From NCBI RefSeq assembly GCF_009914755.1, contig NC_060947.1: a stretch of 64,000 bases of DNA, one strand, 5' to 3'. How positions within the stretch are numbered: the first letter of the stretch is position 1; each line of letters begins with the position of its first letter. Of this stretch, positions 25,999 to 41,901 are shown one piece after another. Made by a program: the position numbers and the translations under genes. This stretch comes from the human T2T-CHM13v2.0 reference genome, Homo sapiens. The notes under the pieces are model-generated. The model saw nothing but the letters and a program-made list of their open reading frames with translations, did no database searches and was not told where the DNA came from.

Positions 25999-28349
25999 TG
26001 ATATGGTTTGGCTCCGTGTACCAACCCAAATCTTATCTCAAATTGTAATCCTCATGTGTAGAGGAAGGGATCTGATTGGAGGTGATTAGATCATGGGGGC
26101 AGTTACCCCCGTACTGTTCTCATGATATTGAGGAAGGTATCAAGAGATCTGATGGTAAAAAAGTGACAATTTCTACTGTACTCTGTCTTCTGCTGGCTTG
26201 TGAAGAGATGCCTGCTTCCATTTTTCCTTCCACCATAATTTTAAGTTTCCTGAGGCCTCCCCAGCCATGTGGAACTGTGAGTCAATTAAACCTCTTTTGT
26301 TTATAAATTACCCAGACACAGGTAGTATCTTTACATCAGTGTGAAAACAGACTAATACAGAAAACAGGTACTGGGATAATGGGGTACTAATATAAAGATA
26401 ACCTGAAAATGTGGAAGTGACTTTGGCCTGGGTAATGAACAGCAGTTGGAACAGTTTGGAGTGGTCAGTAAAAGACAAGTTGATTTTGGAAAGTTTGGAA
26501 CTTCCTAGAGACTTGTTGAAAAGTTTTGACCAAAATGCTGATAAGGAAATAGACAATGAAGTCCAGGTTAAGGTGGTCTCAGATGAAGATGAGAAATATA
26601 TTGGGAACTGGAGCGAAGGTCTCTCTTTCTGTGCTTTAGCAAAGAGACTGATGGCATTTTGCCCCTGCCCTAGAGATTTTGGAACTTTGAACTTGAGAGA
26701 GATGATTTAGGGTATCTGGCAGAAGAAATTTCTGAGCAGCAAAGCATTCAAGAGGTGACCTGGCTTATTCTAAAAGCATTCAGTCATATGCATTCACAAA
26801 GAGATGGTATGGAATGGGAACTTATGTTTAAAAGGGAAGCAGAGCATAAAGATTTGAAAAATTTGCAGACTGACCATGTGGTAGAAAAGAAAAACCCATT
26901 TTCGGGGGAGATATTCAAGCTGGCTGCAGAAATTTGCATAATTAACAAGGAGCCAAATTTTAATCACCAAGACAATGAGGAAAATGTCTCCAGGGCATGT
27001 CAGAGATCTTCATGGCAGTCCCTCCCATCACAGTCCCAGAGGCCTAGGAGGGAAAAATGGTTCTGTGTGTCAGGCCCAGGGCCTTGCTGCTCTGTGGTGC
27101 CCAAGGACATGGTGCCCTGCATCCTAGCTGCTCCAGCTTCAGTCACGGCTAAAAGGGGCAAAGGTACAACTTGGTTCATTGCTTCATAGGGTGCAAGCCC
27201 AAGCCTTGGCAGCTTCAACATAGTGTTGGTGGGCCTGAAAGTGCACAGAAGACAAAGCTGAGCTTTGGGAACCTTCACCTAGATTTCAGAGGATGTATGA
27301 AAACTCCTGGATGTCCAGGCAGAAGTCTGCTGCAGGGATGGAGCCCTCATGGAGAACTTCTGCTAGGGCAGTATGGGGGGGTAATGTGGGGTTGGAGCCC
27401 CCAAACAGATTCCCCACTGTGACACTGCCTCGTGGAGCTGTGAGAAGAGGGCCACCATACTCCAGACCCCAGAAAGGTACATCCACTGACAGCTTGCACA
27501 ACGAGCATGGAAAAGACATAGGCACTTAATGCCAGCCCATGAAAGCAGTTAAAGATGCTGTTCCTGCAGAGCAACAGGGGTGGAGCTGCCCAACGCAATG
27601 GGACTCCACACCTTGCATCAGCATGATCTGGATGTTAGACATGAAGTCAAAGGAGATTTCGGAGCTTTAAAGTTTAATGAGAGCCCTGCTGGGTTTTGAA
27701 CGTGCATGGGGACTGTGACCCCTTAGTTTTGGTCAATTTCTCACATTTCGAATGGGAACATTTACTTAATGCCTGTACCCCTATTCTTTCTTGGAAGTAA
27801 CTAACATGGTTGTTTATTGGTTTGTTTGTTTTGTTTGTTTTTACAGGCTCATAAGCAAAAAGAACTTATTGTCTCAAATGAAACTTTGGACTTGGACATT
27901 TGGGTTAATACTGGAAAGAGTTAAGACTTTGGGGGACTATTAGGAAGGCATGATTGGTTTTAAAATGTGAAAAGGTCATGAGATTGCGGGGGACCAGGGG
28001 CAGAATGATATGGTTTGGCTCTGTGTCTCCACCCAAATCTCATCTCAATTTATAATCCCCATATGTTGAGGGAGGGACCTGGTGGAAGGTTATTGGATTG
28101 GGGGGTGGTTCCCCCATGCTGTTTTCATGAGATCTGATGGTAAAAAAAAGTTACAGTTTTCCCTGCACTCTCTCTCTCTTGCTGCCTTGTGAAGAAGGTG
28201 CCAGCTTCCACTTTGCCTTCTGTTATAATAGTAAGTTTCCTGAGGCCTCCCGAGCCATGCAGAACTGTGAGTCAATTAAACCTCTTCTTTTTATAAATTA
28301 CCCAGTCTCAGGTAGTATCTTTATACCCCTGTGAAAACGGGCTAATACA
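25999..28349 (+). mobile_element. Complete THE1D-like MaLR provirus (LTR-int-LTR)
   Basis: LTRs 25999-26359 and 28006-28349 (TGATATGG..CTAATACA), ~1.65-kb internal region with fragmented MaLR ORF (ESLELPRDLL..FDQNAD..IGNWS), TSD GCATG/GCAAG. Confidence 0.92.
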
Positions 28350-28444
28350 GCAAGTGAGGGTTTAATGTTAGTGCAATTTTCTTTAAGGGAGAAAAATATT
28401 TTGTAACTAGATATAAGAGGAGGTTGCACAACATTTTGCACCTT

Positions 28445-29915
28445 CATTAAAAATTAGCATGAAGCTGTTTAGTAAAATGAACCATATATTAAGATATAAA
28501 ATAAGTGTAAAGTAATTACCAAAATCTGAAATCATATAGAGAATGTTCTCTGACATTTAATTTGGAATTCGGTATCAAAATATATATTCAATATCAAAAT
28601 ATATAGAAAAAATAGGGGTTAAAAAACAAAAGAACAATTAGAAAATATTTTCATATATATAGTGAAAACATAACATATACAACTTTTTGAGATGCAGTGA
28701 CAACAGAGCTTAAAAGGAAATATATAAATGCTAAATTCTTATTTTATAAAACATAAAAATTATAAAGTAAATATAAACTTCTATTTAAAGATGTTTGAGA
28801 AAGAAGAAATTTAATGTTCGTAGTTGGAAAGAAATGGTGAAGGAATGAACTAAAACAAATAAAACAGGAAATAGACAAATAATTGAGACAAATATAAAGA
28901 CAAACAGTTGTTTTCTGAAAATGTTAATAAAATTATAAACATCTAGCAAAACTGATAATGACATGAGAGAGAAGATACAAACTACCAATGTCAAGAATGA
29001 AAAAGGTTACTTCATTGCAATTCCTATGAACATTAAATGTAATAATAAAGGAATATAAAAAATGATGAAGTAGCACTATATACCTGTAAGAATGGCAAAG
29101 ATCTAAAGCACCAAGAACACAAAATTCTAGTGAGAAAATAGAGCAACAGAAATATTCATTCACTACAGATGGGAATGCAGATGGTACAGCCACTTTGGAA
29201 GACACTGGCAATTTCTTACAAAACTAAATGTATTCTTACCATAGGATCCAGCAGTCCCTCTGCTTGTTATTTTTCCATATGATTTGAGACTTATGCCCAT
29301 CCAAAAACTTTCATACAAATTTATAATTGCCAAAACTTGGAAACAACCAAGTTGTCCTTCAGTAGTTGAATGGAAAATAAATAAACTGTGGTACATCAGA
29401 CAATGAGATGTTATTCATAGGAAAAAAATGGGCTGTCAAGCTATGAAAAGACATAAAACAAACAAGTACATAACAATAAGTGAAAGAAGCCAATCTAAAA
29501 AATGTACATACTGTATGATTCCAACTATATGGCATTCTAAAAAAGGCAAAACTATGGAGATATTAACAAGTCATCTGTTGCCAAGGGTTTGGGGGGAAGA
29601 AGGGATAATTAGGTGGAGCTATTTTTTTTAAGACAGTACAAGTATTCTGTATGATATTGTAAAGGTGGTTACATATCATTATAAATTTGTCAAAATGCAT
29701 AGAATATACAAGACCAAGATTGAACTCTAATGTGTACTAGAAACTTTGGTTGATAATGATATGGTATTGCTGGTTCATTGAGTGTAAGAAACATATCACA
29801 ACTGTATGGAACTTCAAAGGGAAAGGTAATGTATTGCTGGGAAAGGAGTATATGGGAATTCTCTGCACTTTCTTCACAATTTTGCTTGAAAGCTAGACTA
29901 TTTTTAAAACATATA
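28445..29915 (+). mobile_element. Ancient L1M fragments (ORF2 piece then L1MC-like 3' end)
   Basis: gcagatggtacagccactttggaagacac, tgtatgattccaactatatggcattct, gtatatgggaattctctgcactt. Confidence 0.7.
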
Positions 29916-30184
29916 TTGTTAATTTATGCACACACACACATACACACACACAAAACAACTACAGTGTCCAACATCAGAAGTGACTTGAATGGAGGTCTAG
30001 CCATCCAAAGGAGCACTGGACAGATAGGAAACATCATGTGGTAGGTCAATAGTACCTGAAGTTTGTTGCTTGATGTGTTAAACAAAAACAATTTGTTATA
30101 AAATTAATTGTATATAATAAGGTCATATTTTTGTTTTAAAAAATAAAATACATTTATAAAAAGTAAAAAAGGAATAGTGTCTTT

Positions 30185-30860
30185 TTTAGTTCAATTTTGA
30201 TTTTACTTAACAATAATTGTATATATTTATGAGGTACAAGGTGATGCTATATACATATGTGTGTACTTTGTGCAATAATTAAATTGGGCTAATTAACATA
30301 ACTATCACCTCATATAGCTATCATTTCTCTGTTGTGAGAACATTTAAAATGTACTATTTTAGCAACTTTGAAACATACAATACATTATTATTCACTATAG
30401 TCCCCATGCTGTTCAATAGATCACTAGAGCTTATTCTTCCTGCGTAAATGAAATTTTGGAAAATGGTATACAAGGTTTTTGCCAATTAATCTAACAACTA
30501 GGTTGAAGTAAAAAAAATTCTTACAAAACAAAATATAGTACAATTATCTCAAAAATAGATAACCTAAATACTTTATATTTATTAGAATAAATTAAGTTTA
30601 TATTCACATCCCTTTCCCACAAAGACAACTCCAGATCCAGGTAGTTTCACTCTGAATTTTATTAAGCAATGTAAAAAAAGAAATAATATTTATTTTACAC
30701 ATACCCTGTGAATATATATAGACAGCAAACCTTCTCAATATACTCTAGGAAGGAAACAACTCTGACACCATAAGCTGAGAAAGAAATTATGAAAAATGAA
30801 AATTACGACCTAATGTCTATCATAACATAGACGCATAAAGCCCTCAATATGATAACAGAC
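30185..30860. mobile_element. Short L1MA 3' end (minus, 30185-30455) next to an L1M ORF2 fragment (plus)
   Basis: ttgtatatatttatgaggtacaa..tagtccccatgctgttcaatagatc, then ccagatccaggtagtttcactctgaatttt. Confidence 0.6.
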
Positions 30861-31650
30861 GTTTATAATGGACAGGTTGGACAGAGTGGTATGTAACCAC
30901 AGCTTTTTACTTCTTTTTGGCATGATAAAGCTACAGGAATAATATGTATCATTATCCCACCGCAAACAACTGGAAAAATAACAATGTATTTTAAATGAAC
31001 ATTTTCAGACTTTAATTAATTGGTAGTGATGCCAGGAATCCCTGTGAAAATAGAAACAAATAAAGGTATTCCTATGACTGTCCAGTTTCCTACCTGTAGT
31101 GAATTTCTTGGCCACAGAGAAGAGACTGAAAATCCAGTTAGACCCCAATAGTCTTGATGACTTGAGCAGAGAGAATTTGGAGTTGAGAGGGCACAGGATG
31201 TCTACAATGCATGGAGCAAAACACTGGATTGATCAGAGCTGCATGATGAGAAAGCTCGGAAGACCTGTACAAGGGTCTGGATGAGTACTGATCTAGACAT
31301 GTATGTATAAGGAATGTAGATGACTGAAAAAAAATCATTGGCAATTTCTGGGAAAATAACACTCATATACATCTTAGTAAATTAAAAATACATATAGTGC
31401 AATGTCATCCACATATTGTAGGTCCTTGACATTTGGTGAATAAATAGATAAGCCAAAGAATAATTACAATAAAAAGGTGGAAACGTAACTAGCCCATTCA
31501 TTGTAGACTTAGGATGCTATCTTATATAGTTTTAATAACTGTACCAAGAATGTGTTTTATATTTCTTCATACCATAAGCCTCTTATTAAATATGCACTGA
31601 TGGTGATTTTTAAGAAGTTGAAGGGAACATCTAAAGATTCATTTGATCTC

Positions 31651-33319
<1,669 letters not shown>

Positions 33320-34989
33320 AAAGATTCATTTGATCTCATAGAACGGTAAAAATATAGTACAGCTAAAGATTTGGTGGTTTCTATTCACAGAGCTTTGCTG
33401 CAGAAATAACAACAAAAGATAAACCAACAGTGTATAAAATAATTACTCTTAAAGGAATGAGTCCCCTGGGCAGCCAAGATCTGTACTGAAAAGGCTTGAA
33501 AATGTCAATTGTATTTCTACCTCAGCTTCCTCAACAGTCTGGGAACAGACAAACGTGATCACATTGAAGATGAGCTTAGCTGTCCTGAGAAAATGTTATA
33601 TGAAGGCAAGTTATTTTGGCAAGTAGTTCTTTTTATTTTGAATAGAAACTCTCAAAAATCATTATGAAAGCTAAATAGATAACCAAATGTTATAAATATC
33701 TTCATTCAAATGCATCCAGAGTAACTGTCATTTTCCCTTGATCTAGAAACTTTTCATGTAGTAAAGAAGGTAGAATAAGCAGTAAAACAACTTCTAGCCC
33801 CACTTAACTTTTTCAGTCTTTATATATATTTCTGGGACAGTGATTTACTAAGAATCTAGTACTGTTTTTTCTTTCCCACAATTATCAATACCTCCTAAAA
33901 TGGTGAGATAAATTAAATTAGACTTTGGTTGAGCATCATCCTTTCCTTTGACCTTATAGGTGCAAAGTAACTGCACTTCATGTGAAAATTACTATTTCCC
34001 TAGGAATTATATTTGTATTTAACTTTCTTCATGCAGTTTTTCATAAAAGCCGTTTAAATAGAGACTTAGTAAAGTGAATGTATAGGATGAGATAACATTT
34101 GCAGTTTGTCCACACTTCTATGTTACTCCCTTTTTTTGAATTCAAACATTAATAGTGAACTAATCTAATGTAATTAGGTACCCCCTAACTGAATACTACA
34201 TGTAAAACACAATTCACCAAAAATATGTACTGTGTGGCAACAAAATTTCATGTATTAATGTAGTGTCTTACCCTCCTAATGTGTATGTCCTTAGAAATAC
34301 AAAAAGGACAAAAGCGTCAACATCAGATAAAGTATAATATGCAAATAAGAGAAAGAAAAATAATTTTAATTGAAGATATGAATATCGCTTATTTATTATT
34401 CAAATAAGATACCTATTTTCTTAAAGAATATTGACTATTTGTGTACTATGAAAGTGTAATCACAAGGGATTTACAGTTCAACTAATGTGATTATTTACCT
34501 AGAATTTAATATTGTTTTTCTTTTATCTTAAAGACTCAATATTTAATTCTGATTATAAAATGCAAAATCAAGCCATTCACAGCATTTAGCATCCAACACG
34601 TGATGAGAAGACATTGAATTGCATTCGTAAAAGAAATCTCTTTTTGAGCTAACCAGTATTTTATTTTCAGTTCTTGATTCTTATGTGTTGTATAAATGAT
34701 ATCTCAGACTACATGGCAAATCCTGTCTTAAAAGCAGTAGATTTAGCAACAACCACACAATAGGATATAAAATAATAAATTAGCATAAAATGATACTGAA
34801 ATAAAGCTTAAATATTCTACAAGGACATAGCAAGTCTACCTTTCCTACTTTCTAAGATCGAAATCTTCAGAACCATTTAATAAAATGTTAGTAAAATGTA
34901 CCTTTACATCTGCAAAAGATGTTTCATAACCAACAGCTGTCATAGGCTTTGGACCAAGGAATGATGCTGATAAGAATGATAAAATAGCC

Positions 34990-36415
34990 TCCACTACTAT
35001 TATTTTTATGTTTCAATCTGTTTGGTAAACTTGTCTTTAAGTCTTTTTTTATATTTTCTTATTTCCTCTTATGAATTATTTTTCATGTTACTACAGATCA
35101 AACTTTAAAAATTGCAAGAAAAGATTCTTACTGTTGAATATAACTGCAGTTTCTTTCTGTATAATGATCCTGTATCCACAAATTTTGCTAAACTCTCATA
35201 GTACCTATAATCATTTGCCTGTAGCTTATTTTATTTCTAAGCATATCATTGTCATCTGTGGCTAATTGAAATTCTATGCTTAGTTTCTGTTTGTTATAGC
35301 TTTCTATTTATTAGCTTACAGCATAATGATAAACAGGGGTGGTAATAAAAGACGCCTTTGTTTCTTTCCTGAAATTAAAATGAATGCCTTCAGTTTCATT
35401 CCATTTAAGTATGATGGTTTCTATACAGAATTTTTTAATGTTACCCATTATTAGGATTAAAAAATCGTCTTCCACTTTTTTATTTTGCTAAAAGTTTTTT
35501 ATGATGAATGAATGTTGAATTTTATCAAATACTATTCTGATAGTGTTTATTACCATCAGATTTAATGTGATATGTTTTTTCTATTATTTATTAACTTATT
35601 AAAAAACATTGATTGAAGTGCAAATTTTAAAACAATCTACATTTCTGAAATAAACCTGATGAGGACATAATGCGTTATAGGGTTCAAATATTTTTGTTTT
35701 GAGTTTTAAAATTTTTTTAATGATTTTCTCACATATATTCATAAAAGAGAGATGCTTGTAATTTTTTTTTGAACTCCACTTATCAGGATTTGATATAAGC
35801 TTTACACATTCAGACTTTATAATGTAAGTTGTGGAGTGTTTTTTCGTTATACATTCTGGAATAGATTTATAAAATGGACTTAATTATTTCTTTTTTGTTA
35901 TACCTTTCTGTTAAAACTGGCTGAGCCTAGGGACTTTTGGAGAAAAAGAATTCCATTTTATTTAACTGATTTGAGTATAATTGACACACAATAAGTGAAC
36001 ATAGTTAAATATAAAGTTTGAAAAGTTTTACCTATGTATATACCCACAAGACCATATACAAACATAATGAACATATCTATCAATCCAAAAAGTTTGTTCA
36101 TGACCCATTATAATCCTTCCCTCCTGCACTTCTCCCCTTACTCAGGCAACCTCTGATATGCTTTCTGTCAATACATATTATCTTGTATTTTGTGAAGTTT
36201 TATATACATGTAATTACACAATATGTACTAATTTTTATGAAATTTGCTCACAATTATATTGAGGTTTAATTATGTTGTGACATTATCAAAAGTTAAATGT
36301 ATTTTTATTACTGAGTAGTGTTCTATTACGGTCGTACCACTGTTTGTTTATGTATTCACCTGCTGATGGACATTTACATTGTTTTCAAGTTTGGCTATTA
36401 AAAATAAGCTTTCTA
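34990..36415 (-). mobile_element. Ancient L1M (L1ME/MC-like) fragments
   Basis: Degraded reverse ORF2 sequence (gaatgttgaattttatcaaat) and 3' end features (tattcacctgctgatggacattt). Confidence 0.6.
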
Positions 36416-36419
36416 GGCC

Positions 36420-37765
36420 AGGCAAAATGAAATAATTGTGTCTAAACAGTGGTTTTTAGCTCAGTAGAAACGTAACACCAGATGTAAATCAAGCAGAAGA
36501 GAAGACAGAGATAGAGATCTTAGGACTTCTATAGCTGCAGGTTGACATTTGGGCTCTGAAATTTCCTTGATGTAATTTGCTCATCAGTTTAAAATGTGCA
36601 TAAAATACTATAATATGTAAACCTGCTGCAGTACTAGGAAAGCTGACATGCCCTCGAAATTTTAATCTTACACAAACACTTGCTAGTAGAGGTTCCATAA
36701 AAACAATGGGGTGCCCAAAAGGGGGTCATTCTACTTGTCTTTCCTAATTCTTAGATAATTTTTCCCATCTTTTTCTCTTAAAATGAGGAACTGTGCTGTG
36801 GCCTAGGGTTTAGTGTACTGGATCAAAATGTGCTAATTGTGGGCAGGACTCCACAGTGTGACACCACAGAATTGTTTCTGCTCCTTAATATGGCTCAGTT
36901 TCTCTCTCTGGAGGTCTATCACCCATGAGAGGGCTTCAAATGCAGAGTGACAAGCTACTAGCATTTTCTGCAGAAGCCCTTTTAAACTAATATTTTTGGG
37001 GGTTCCTGTAGGGCCATTGCACATTGTGGATATTCAACAAACCAGGCACTCCCACTCAGCAATCAGTCACCCAGGGGAAACTTTTGACTGGGAGGGGTAA
37101 AATGCCCTTTCTCTTCAGAACTGAGGAAACCCAGTCTCTCATTTATCTATGAACATGACAGTTCAGTTTCCCATGCAAATATGCAGACAAGCCAATTGAG
37201 CTTAATTTTTGGAGAAAAAGCAATGGGGAAGACTCTGTAGAATGAATCTCTAGGCTGGAATTGGGATCCCAAACAACAACTTTCTAGAGTAAAAATAAAA
37301 CAACTAAGACCACTTTCTGTAAACTGTCCTCAGCCACACCCAACTTTGTTGTTCTCATCCACCATTACACATGTCAAACTCAAATCCGCTCACAGTACCA
37401 GGTAATCTCTGGTACCCCCAAAAGCCAAAGAGTCAGGTAATGCAATACAAGAAAGCAGAGCTTTAGGCCTAAGAAGAATCTGCCCAGGAATCTTTTTTTT
37501 TAATATATTTTTAAATTATACTTTAAGTTCTGGGGTACATGTGTACAACGTGCAGGTGACCTAAACAAAAAACACAACACCTTCAAAAGGGAGAGTAGCA
37601 CTTTTGTTCTGAGTTCTTTAAAGGGTATGAGTCATTAGAAGCCTTCTCTAGATTTTCTTGATGCCAAAGATGACAAAGGAGGAAGGATGAATAGGGTGGA
37701 AGAAAAGTAAAAGGAAGAAAATTGTTTTTCTAAGGAATTAAGTGAACATAGAAACTAAACACGAT

Positions 37766-37801
<36 letters not shown>

Positions 37802-38400
37802 AGCTCAAGGAATTGTAGCCAGTTCATAGGCCTCGTTCCTCATAATTTGAAATTCTCATCCAGATTTGACCAAGTCAGTTAAAGTTGGTCAAATCTGATA
37901 GGAGAAAGACCAAAATAACAACAACAATAACAAATATAATTGCTGAGAGCTCTAACGGTAAGAAGAAATTAAGACCAGCTGGTTGTCACTGCTAACTTTT
38001 AGTCATTATGGAGAGTTTCCAAGATCAGAAAAAAACAAAAAGCCCAATTTAGCTACTTACCTAGGAATCAGACCCCAGGCCAAGACTATTTTCTATCATC
38101 TTAGAAGCAGGAAAACAAAAACAAACAACAAAATCTTGAACTAGCCATCACTGCTGGAAATTAGCTGAAATTCCAGAAAGCAGTTGCCTGTCCTCTATCA
38201 TTATGGAAGCAGAAAAATTTACCTTACTTGTTGGAAGCAAGTAAAATAAACAGCAATAACATAAACAGTAAAATAAATTTTAAACCTCACACAAATTTTG
38301 GGAAATCGGCGATTTTCTTGAAGGAGGGCAGCTCACAGACCTCAGCAAATTGTCCTATTGGTTTGAGTAATAAAAATATCTTGAGCTGGGGTACCAAGCA
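36420..38400 (-). mobile_element. MER4-group ERV1 internal (5' leader region) fragment, no LTR
   Basis: 37790-38400 is homologous and co-oriented with 16150-16750 of the MER4 provirus (agatttgaccaagtc, aattaagaccagctggttgt, caaattgtcctattgg, ggtaccaagca). Contains a ~65-bp L1PA 3' stub at 37493-37557. Confidence 0.75.
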
Positions 38401-38419
38401 GATATCCCAGCTGGAAAAA

Positions 38420-40440
38420 CCAGGCATGAGATAGCAATAGAGAGCATCCAAATTAGAAAAGAGGAAGTGATACTATCTGTTTGTCAATGATATGATTGTA
38501 TACATAGAACACTCTAAAGACTCCTCTAAAAGACTCTTAGATTTGATAAATGAATTCGGTTAAGTTTCAGGTCACAAAATTTATGCACACAAATCAGTAG
38601 CACTGCTAAACACCAGCAATGACCAAGCTGAGAATCAAAGAAAAAACTCAATCCCTTTTGCAATAGCTACAAAAAAAACAAATAAAACATCTAGAAATAT
38701 ATTAACCAAGGGAGAGAAAGATCTCTAAAAGGAAAGCTACAAAACACTGCTGAAAGAAATCATAGGTGACGCAAACAAAAGGAAATACATCCCATGCTCG
38801 TGGATTGGAAGAATCAATATTATTTAAATGACCACACTGCCCCAAACAATCTATAGAGCCAATGCAATGTCTATCAAAATACCAATATTATTTTTCACAG
38901 AACTTGAAGAAACACTCCTAAAATTCATGTGGAAAAAAAAAAAAAGAGGTCAAATAGTCAAAGCAATCCTAAGGAAAAAAAAATATGGAGGCATCACATT
39001 ACTCAAATTCAAATTATACTACAAGGCTATAGGAATCAAAACAGCATGGTACTGGTATAAAAGTATATACATAGACCAATATAACAGAATATAGAATTCA
39101 GAAATAAAACCAAACACTTACAATCAACTTATCTTTGGCAAAGCATACAAAAACATAAATTGAGGAAATGACATACTATTCAATAAATGGTGCTGGGTAA
39201 ACTGGATAGCCATATGCAAAAAAAATAAAACTGGATCCCTATCTCTCACCATATACAAAAATCAACTCAAGATGGATTAAAGACTTAAATCTAAGACCTG
39301 AAACCACAACAATTCAGAAGAAAACTTAGGTAAAACTCTTTGGGCCATTATCCTAGGCAATAGATTTATGACTAAAGACCTCAAAAGCAAATGCAACAAA
39401 AATGAAAATAAATAAATAGGACCTAATTAAACTAAAAATCTTATGCACTGCAAAATAAATATTCATCAGAGTAAACAGACAAGCCACTAAATGGTAGACA
39501 ATATTTGCACACTATGCATCTAACAAAGGACTAACATCCAGACTCTATGAGGAACTTAAAAAATCAGGAAGGAAAAAACAAATAATTCCATCAAAAAGTG
39601 GAAAAATACCAATAGACATTTCTCAAAACAAGATATAAAAGTCATCAAATATTTGAAAAAAAACCTCAACATCACTAATTATCAGATAAATGTAAATTAA
39701 AACCTCAATGAGAGACTGTCTTACCCCAGCCAGAATGGCCATTAATAAAAAAGCAAAACAAAAACAATAATAGATGTTTGTGTGGATGTGGTGAAAAGGG
39801 AATGCATATACACTGCTGGTGGGAGTGAAAATTAGTACAACCTCTATGGAAAACACTATGGAGATTTCTCAAAAGAACTAAAAATAGACCTATGATTCAA
39901 TCCAGCAATCCCACTACTGAGTATCCAACCAAATGAAAAGAAGTCGTGATATCAAAAGGACATCTACACATATATAGTTACCACAACACAATTCACAAGT
40001 GCAAAGATATGTAACCAACATAAGTGCCAAGAAATCAATAAATGGAAAAAGAAAATGTGGTATATATACAAAATGGAATACTACTCAGTCATAAATAAGA
40101 ACAATATAATGTCTTTTGCAGCAACTCAGATGGAACTGGAGGCCATTATTCTAGGGGAACCGCTTGGGAATAAAGAACAAAATACTGCATGTTCTCACTT
40201 ATAAGTGGGAGCTAAGCCATAGGTATGCAAAGGCATATATGGTGGTATAATGGACACTGGGGACTCAGATGCAGGGAGAGTGGAAATGGGTTAAGGGATA
40301 AAAAGCTACAAATTGGGTATAATGTACATTACTCAGGTAATGAGTGCACCAAAAATTTCAGACTTCACCACTATGCAATGTATCCATGTAGCCAAAAACT
40401 TGCAGTCTCAAAGCTTGGAAATTTTAAAATATATAAATTA
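38420..40440 (+). mobile_element. 5'-truncated L1PB-type element
   Basis: ORF2 peptide [33 protein letters not shown] and L1PB-type 3'UTR (ggtataatggacactggggactcaga). Possible decayed TSD agatatcccagctg / agagttccccagctg. Confidence 0.85.
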
Positions 40441-40454
40441 AGAGTTCCCCAGCT

Positions 40455-41901
40455 GACAATTTTTTTATGGCAGGAAACAGGTAATCAAAGGACTGATAAT
40501 CTTATTTTAAAATAGTAAAAAAAAAAAACTAGTTAAAAAAAAACTTAAAAACTGGCAAATAAAAAAATATATAACACTACTATATCTCCTGTCTGTCTGA
40601 CTGTGTACTTATGTGTGTTTTGTGTTTAATGATTATATAAATGAGCTCTAAATAATTGGCTTAAAGAAAAATAAGTGCTTAAATAAAATATTGTGTCAAA
40701 CATAAAAACTTTATTGCCTTTTAATTCACATGACTTTAGTAATCTTTGGTAAATAAGGACAGTTTTAACGATTATTGATAAACTAAAACAAAAATGTCTT
40801 CAAACTTTAGGCATTTGGTCTAAAGTAGTCAGGTCAGATACTGTCTCTACTAGACATTGGAATCACAAACTGTTTCTATGACTTTTGATAATTGTTTGAC
40901 TTGCCTGCCTCAAAGCCATTAGATTTTAGGTAAGGCCTGGAAACATTTGTAGATAGGCATACACTTTAAATATGCTAGAAAGAGTCAGACATTATGTGTG
41001 GTTCTGTCCTGTAGCCGAGACTGTGCACCTGATATATAATAAAAATTGCTTACACTAAAAATATAAATTATGTGTTTTTGATTAAAAGGCACAGGAATGT
41101 GTTATTTTTAAAGAAAAAGTTTTGTTTGAGAGAATTTAAGGATTGTTTTACTTTAAACGAAAGAAGAAAACTGAAGGTTTAAGCGAATTGTGGAAGGTTT
41201 ATGAAAGATTAAGCTTATAGAACTTCTCTGTGTGAGCAATTTGGCTAAAATTTAAACAGGTGTTATTTACTTTCCGCATAAATTAAACATTAAAATAAAT
41301 GTATGCTGATACAGGGCCAGAATCTGGGATCATGTGTCAGAATAACAGGGTTTTATTAGGCATTTATCTGCTCTGCAAAAAAAATTGTAAAGAGTTATAA
41401 AATGTTTATTAAAATCTTACCTTATGGTCAAATTAAAATTAGATAGTTTCATATATAAGGTTTTATTTAAAATTAGGCTTAACTTTAATAATGCACTAGA
41501 GCAAAGATAAACTTTGGTTTTCTCTTTTTGAAAAAGATTTACCTGTAATATTGACAGATGATAAATAATATTTGTTTAAACTACAGGAAAAAGAAGGGAG
41601 AGAAAAGAGACAGATTCAATTGTCCTCATACTGTCTTTATTGGGTCTTGTTTGAAAAGCTGAATCTCTCCTCTATTATTGAGTAAAGATTTTTGCATTTT
41701 TGAATTTTTTTAGTTATTTTTGTCTAAATAAATGACTTATAGTGATTGGGATTCTATTTTGCAATGTAAAGTGTTTTAAATATTTGATAAGCTTTCTAAA
41801 GTCAAATTTTAAATTAAGCCATTTATGACCTGATGAACCTTCTTAGATATTAGGTCCCCCTGACATCCAAAAGACATATTTGGCATATTAAAACCATACA
41901 G
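40455..41901 (+). mobile_element. MER4-group ERV1 internal fragment
   Basis: 41780-41901 aligns to the reverse complement of ~12050-12182 of the MER4 provirus. Confidence 0.7.

Noticed and set aside
26411-27598. Cluster of overlapping ORFs as a novel gene
   Set aside because: These are fragments of the known THE1/MaLR internal ORF and their antisense shadows.
33340-34990. Non-repetitive AT-rich stretch with a possible splice acceptor near 33960
   Set aside because: No ORF, no recognisable homology and no convincing donor. Cannot be supported without conservation data.
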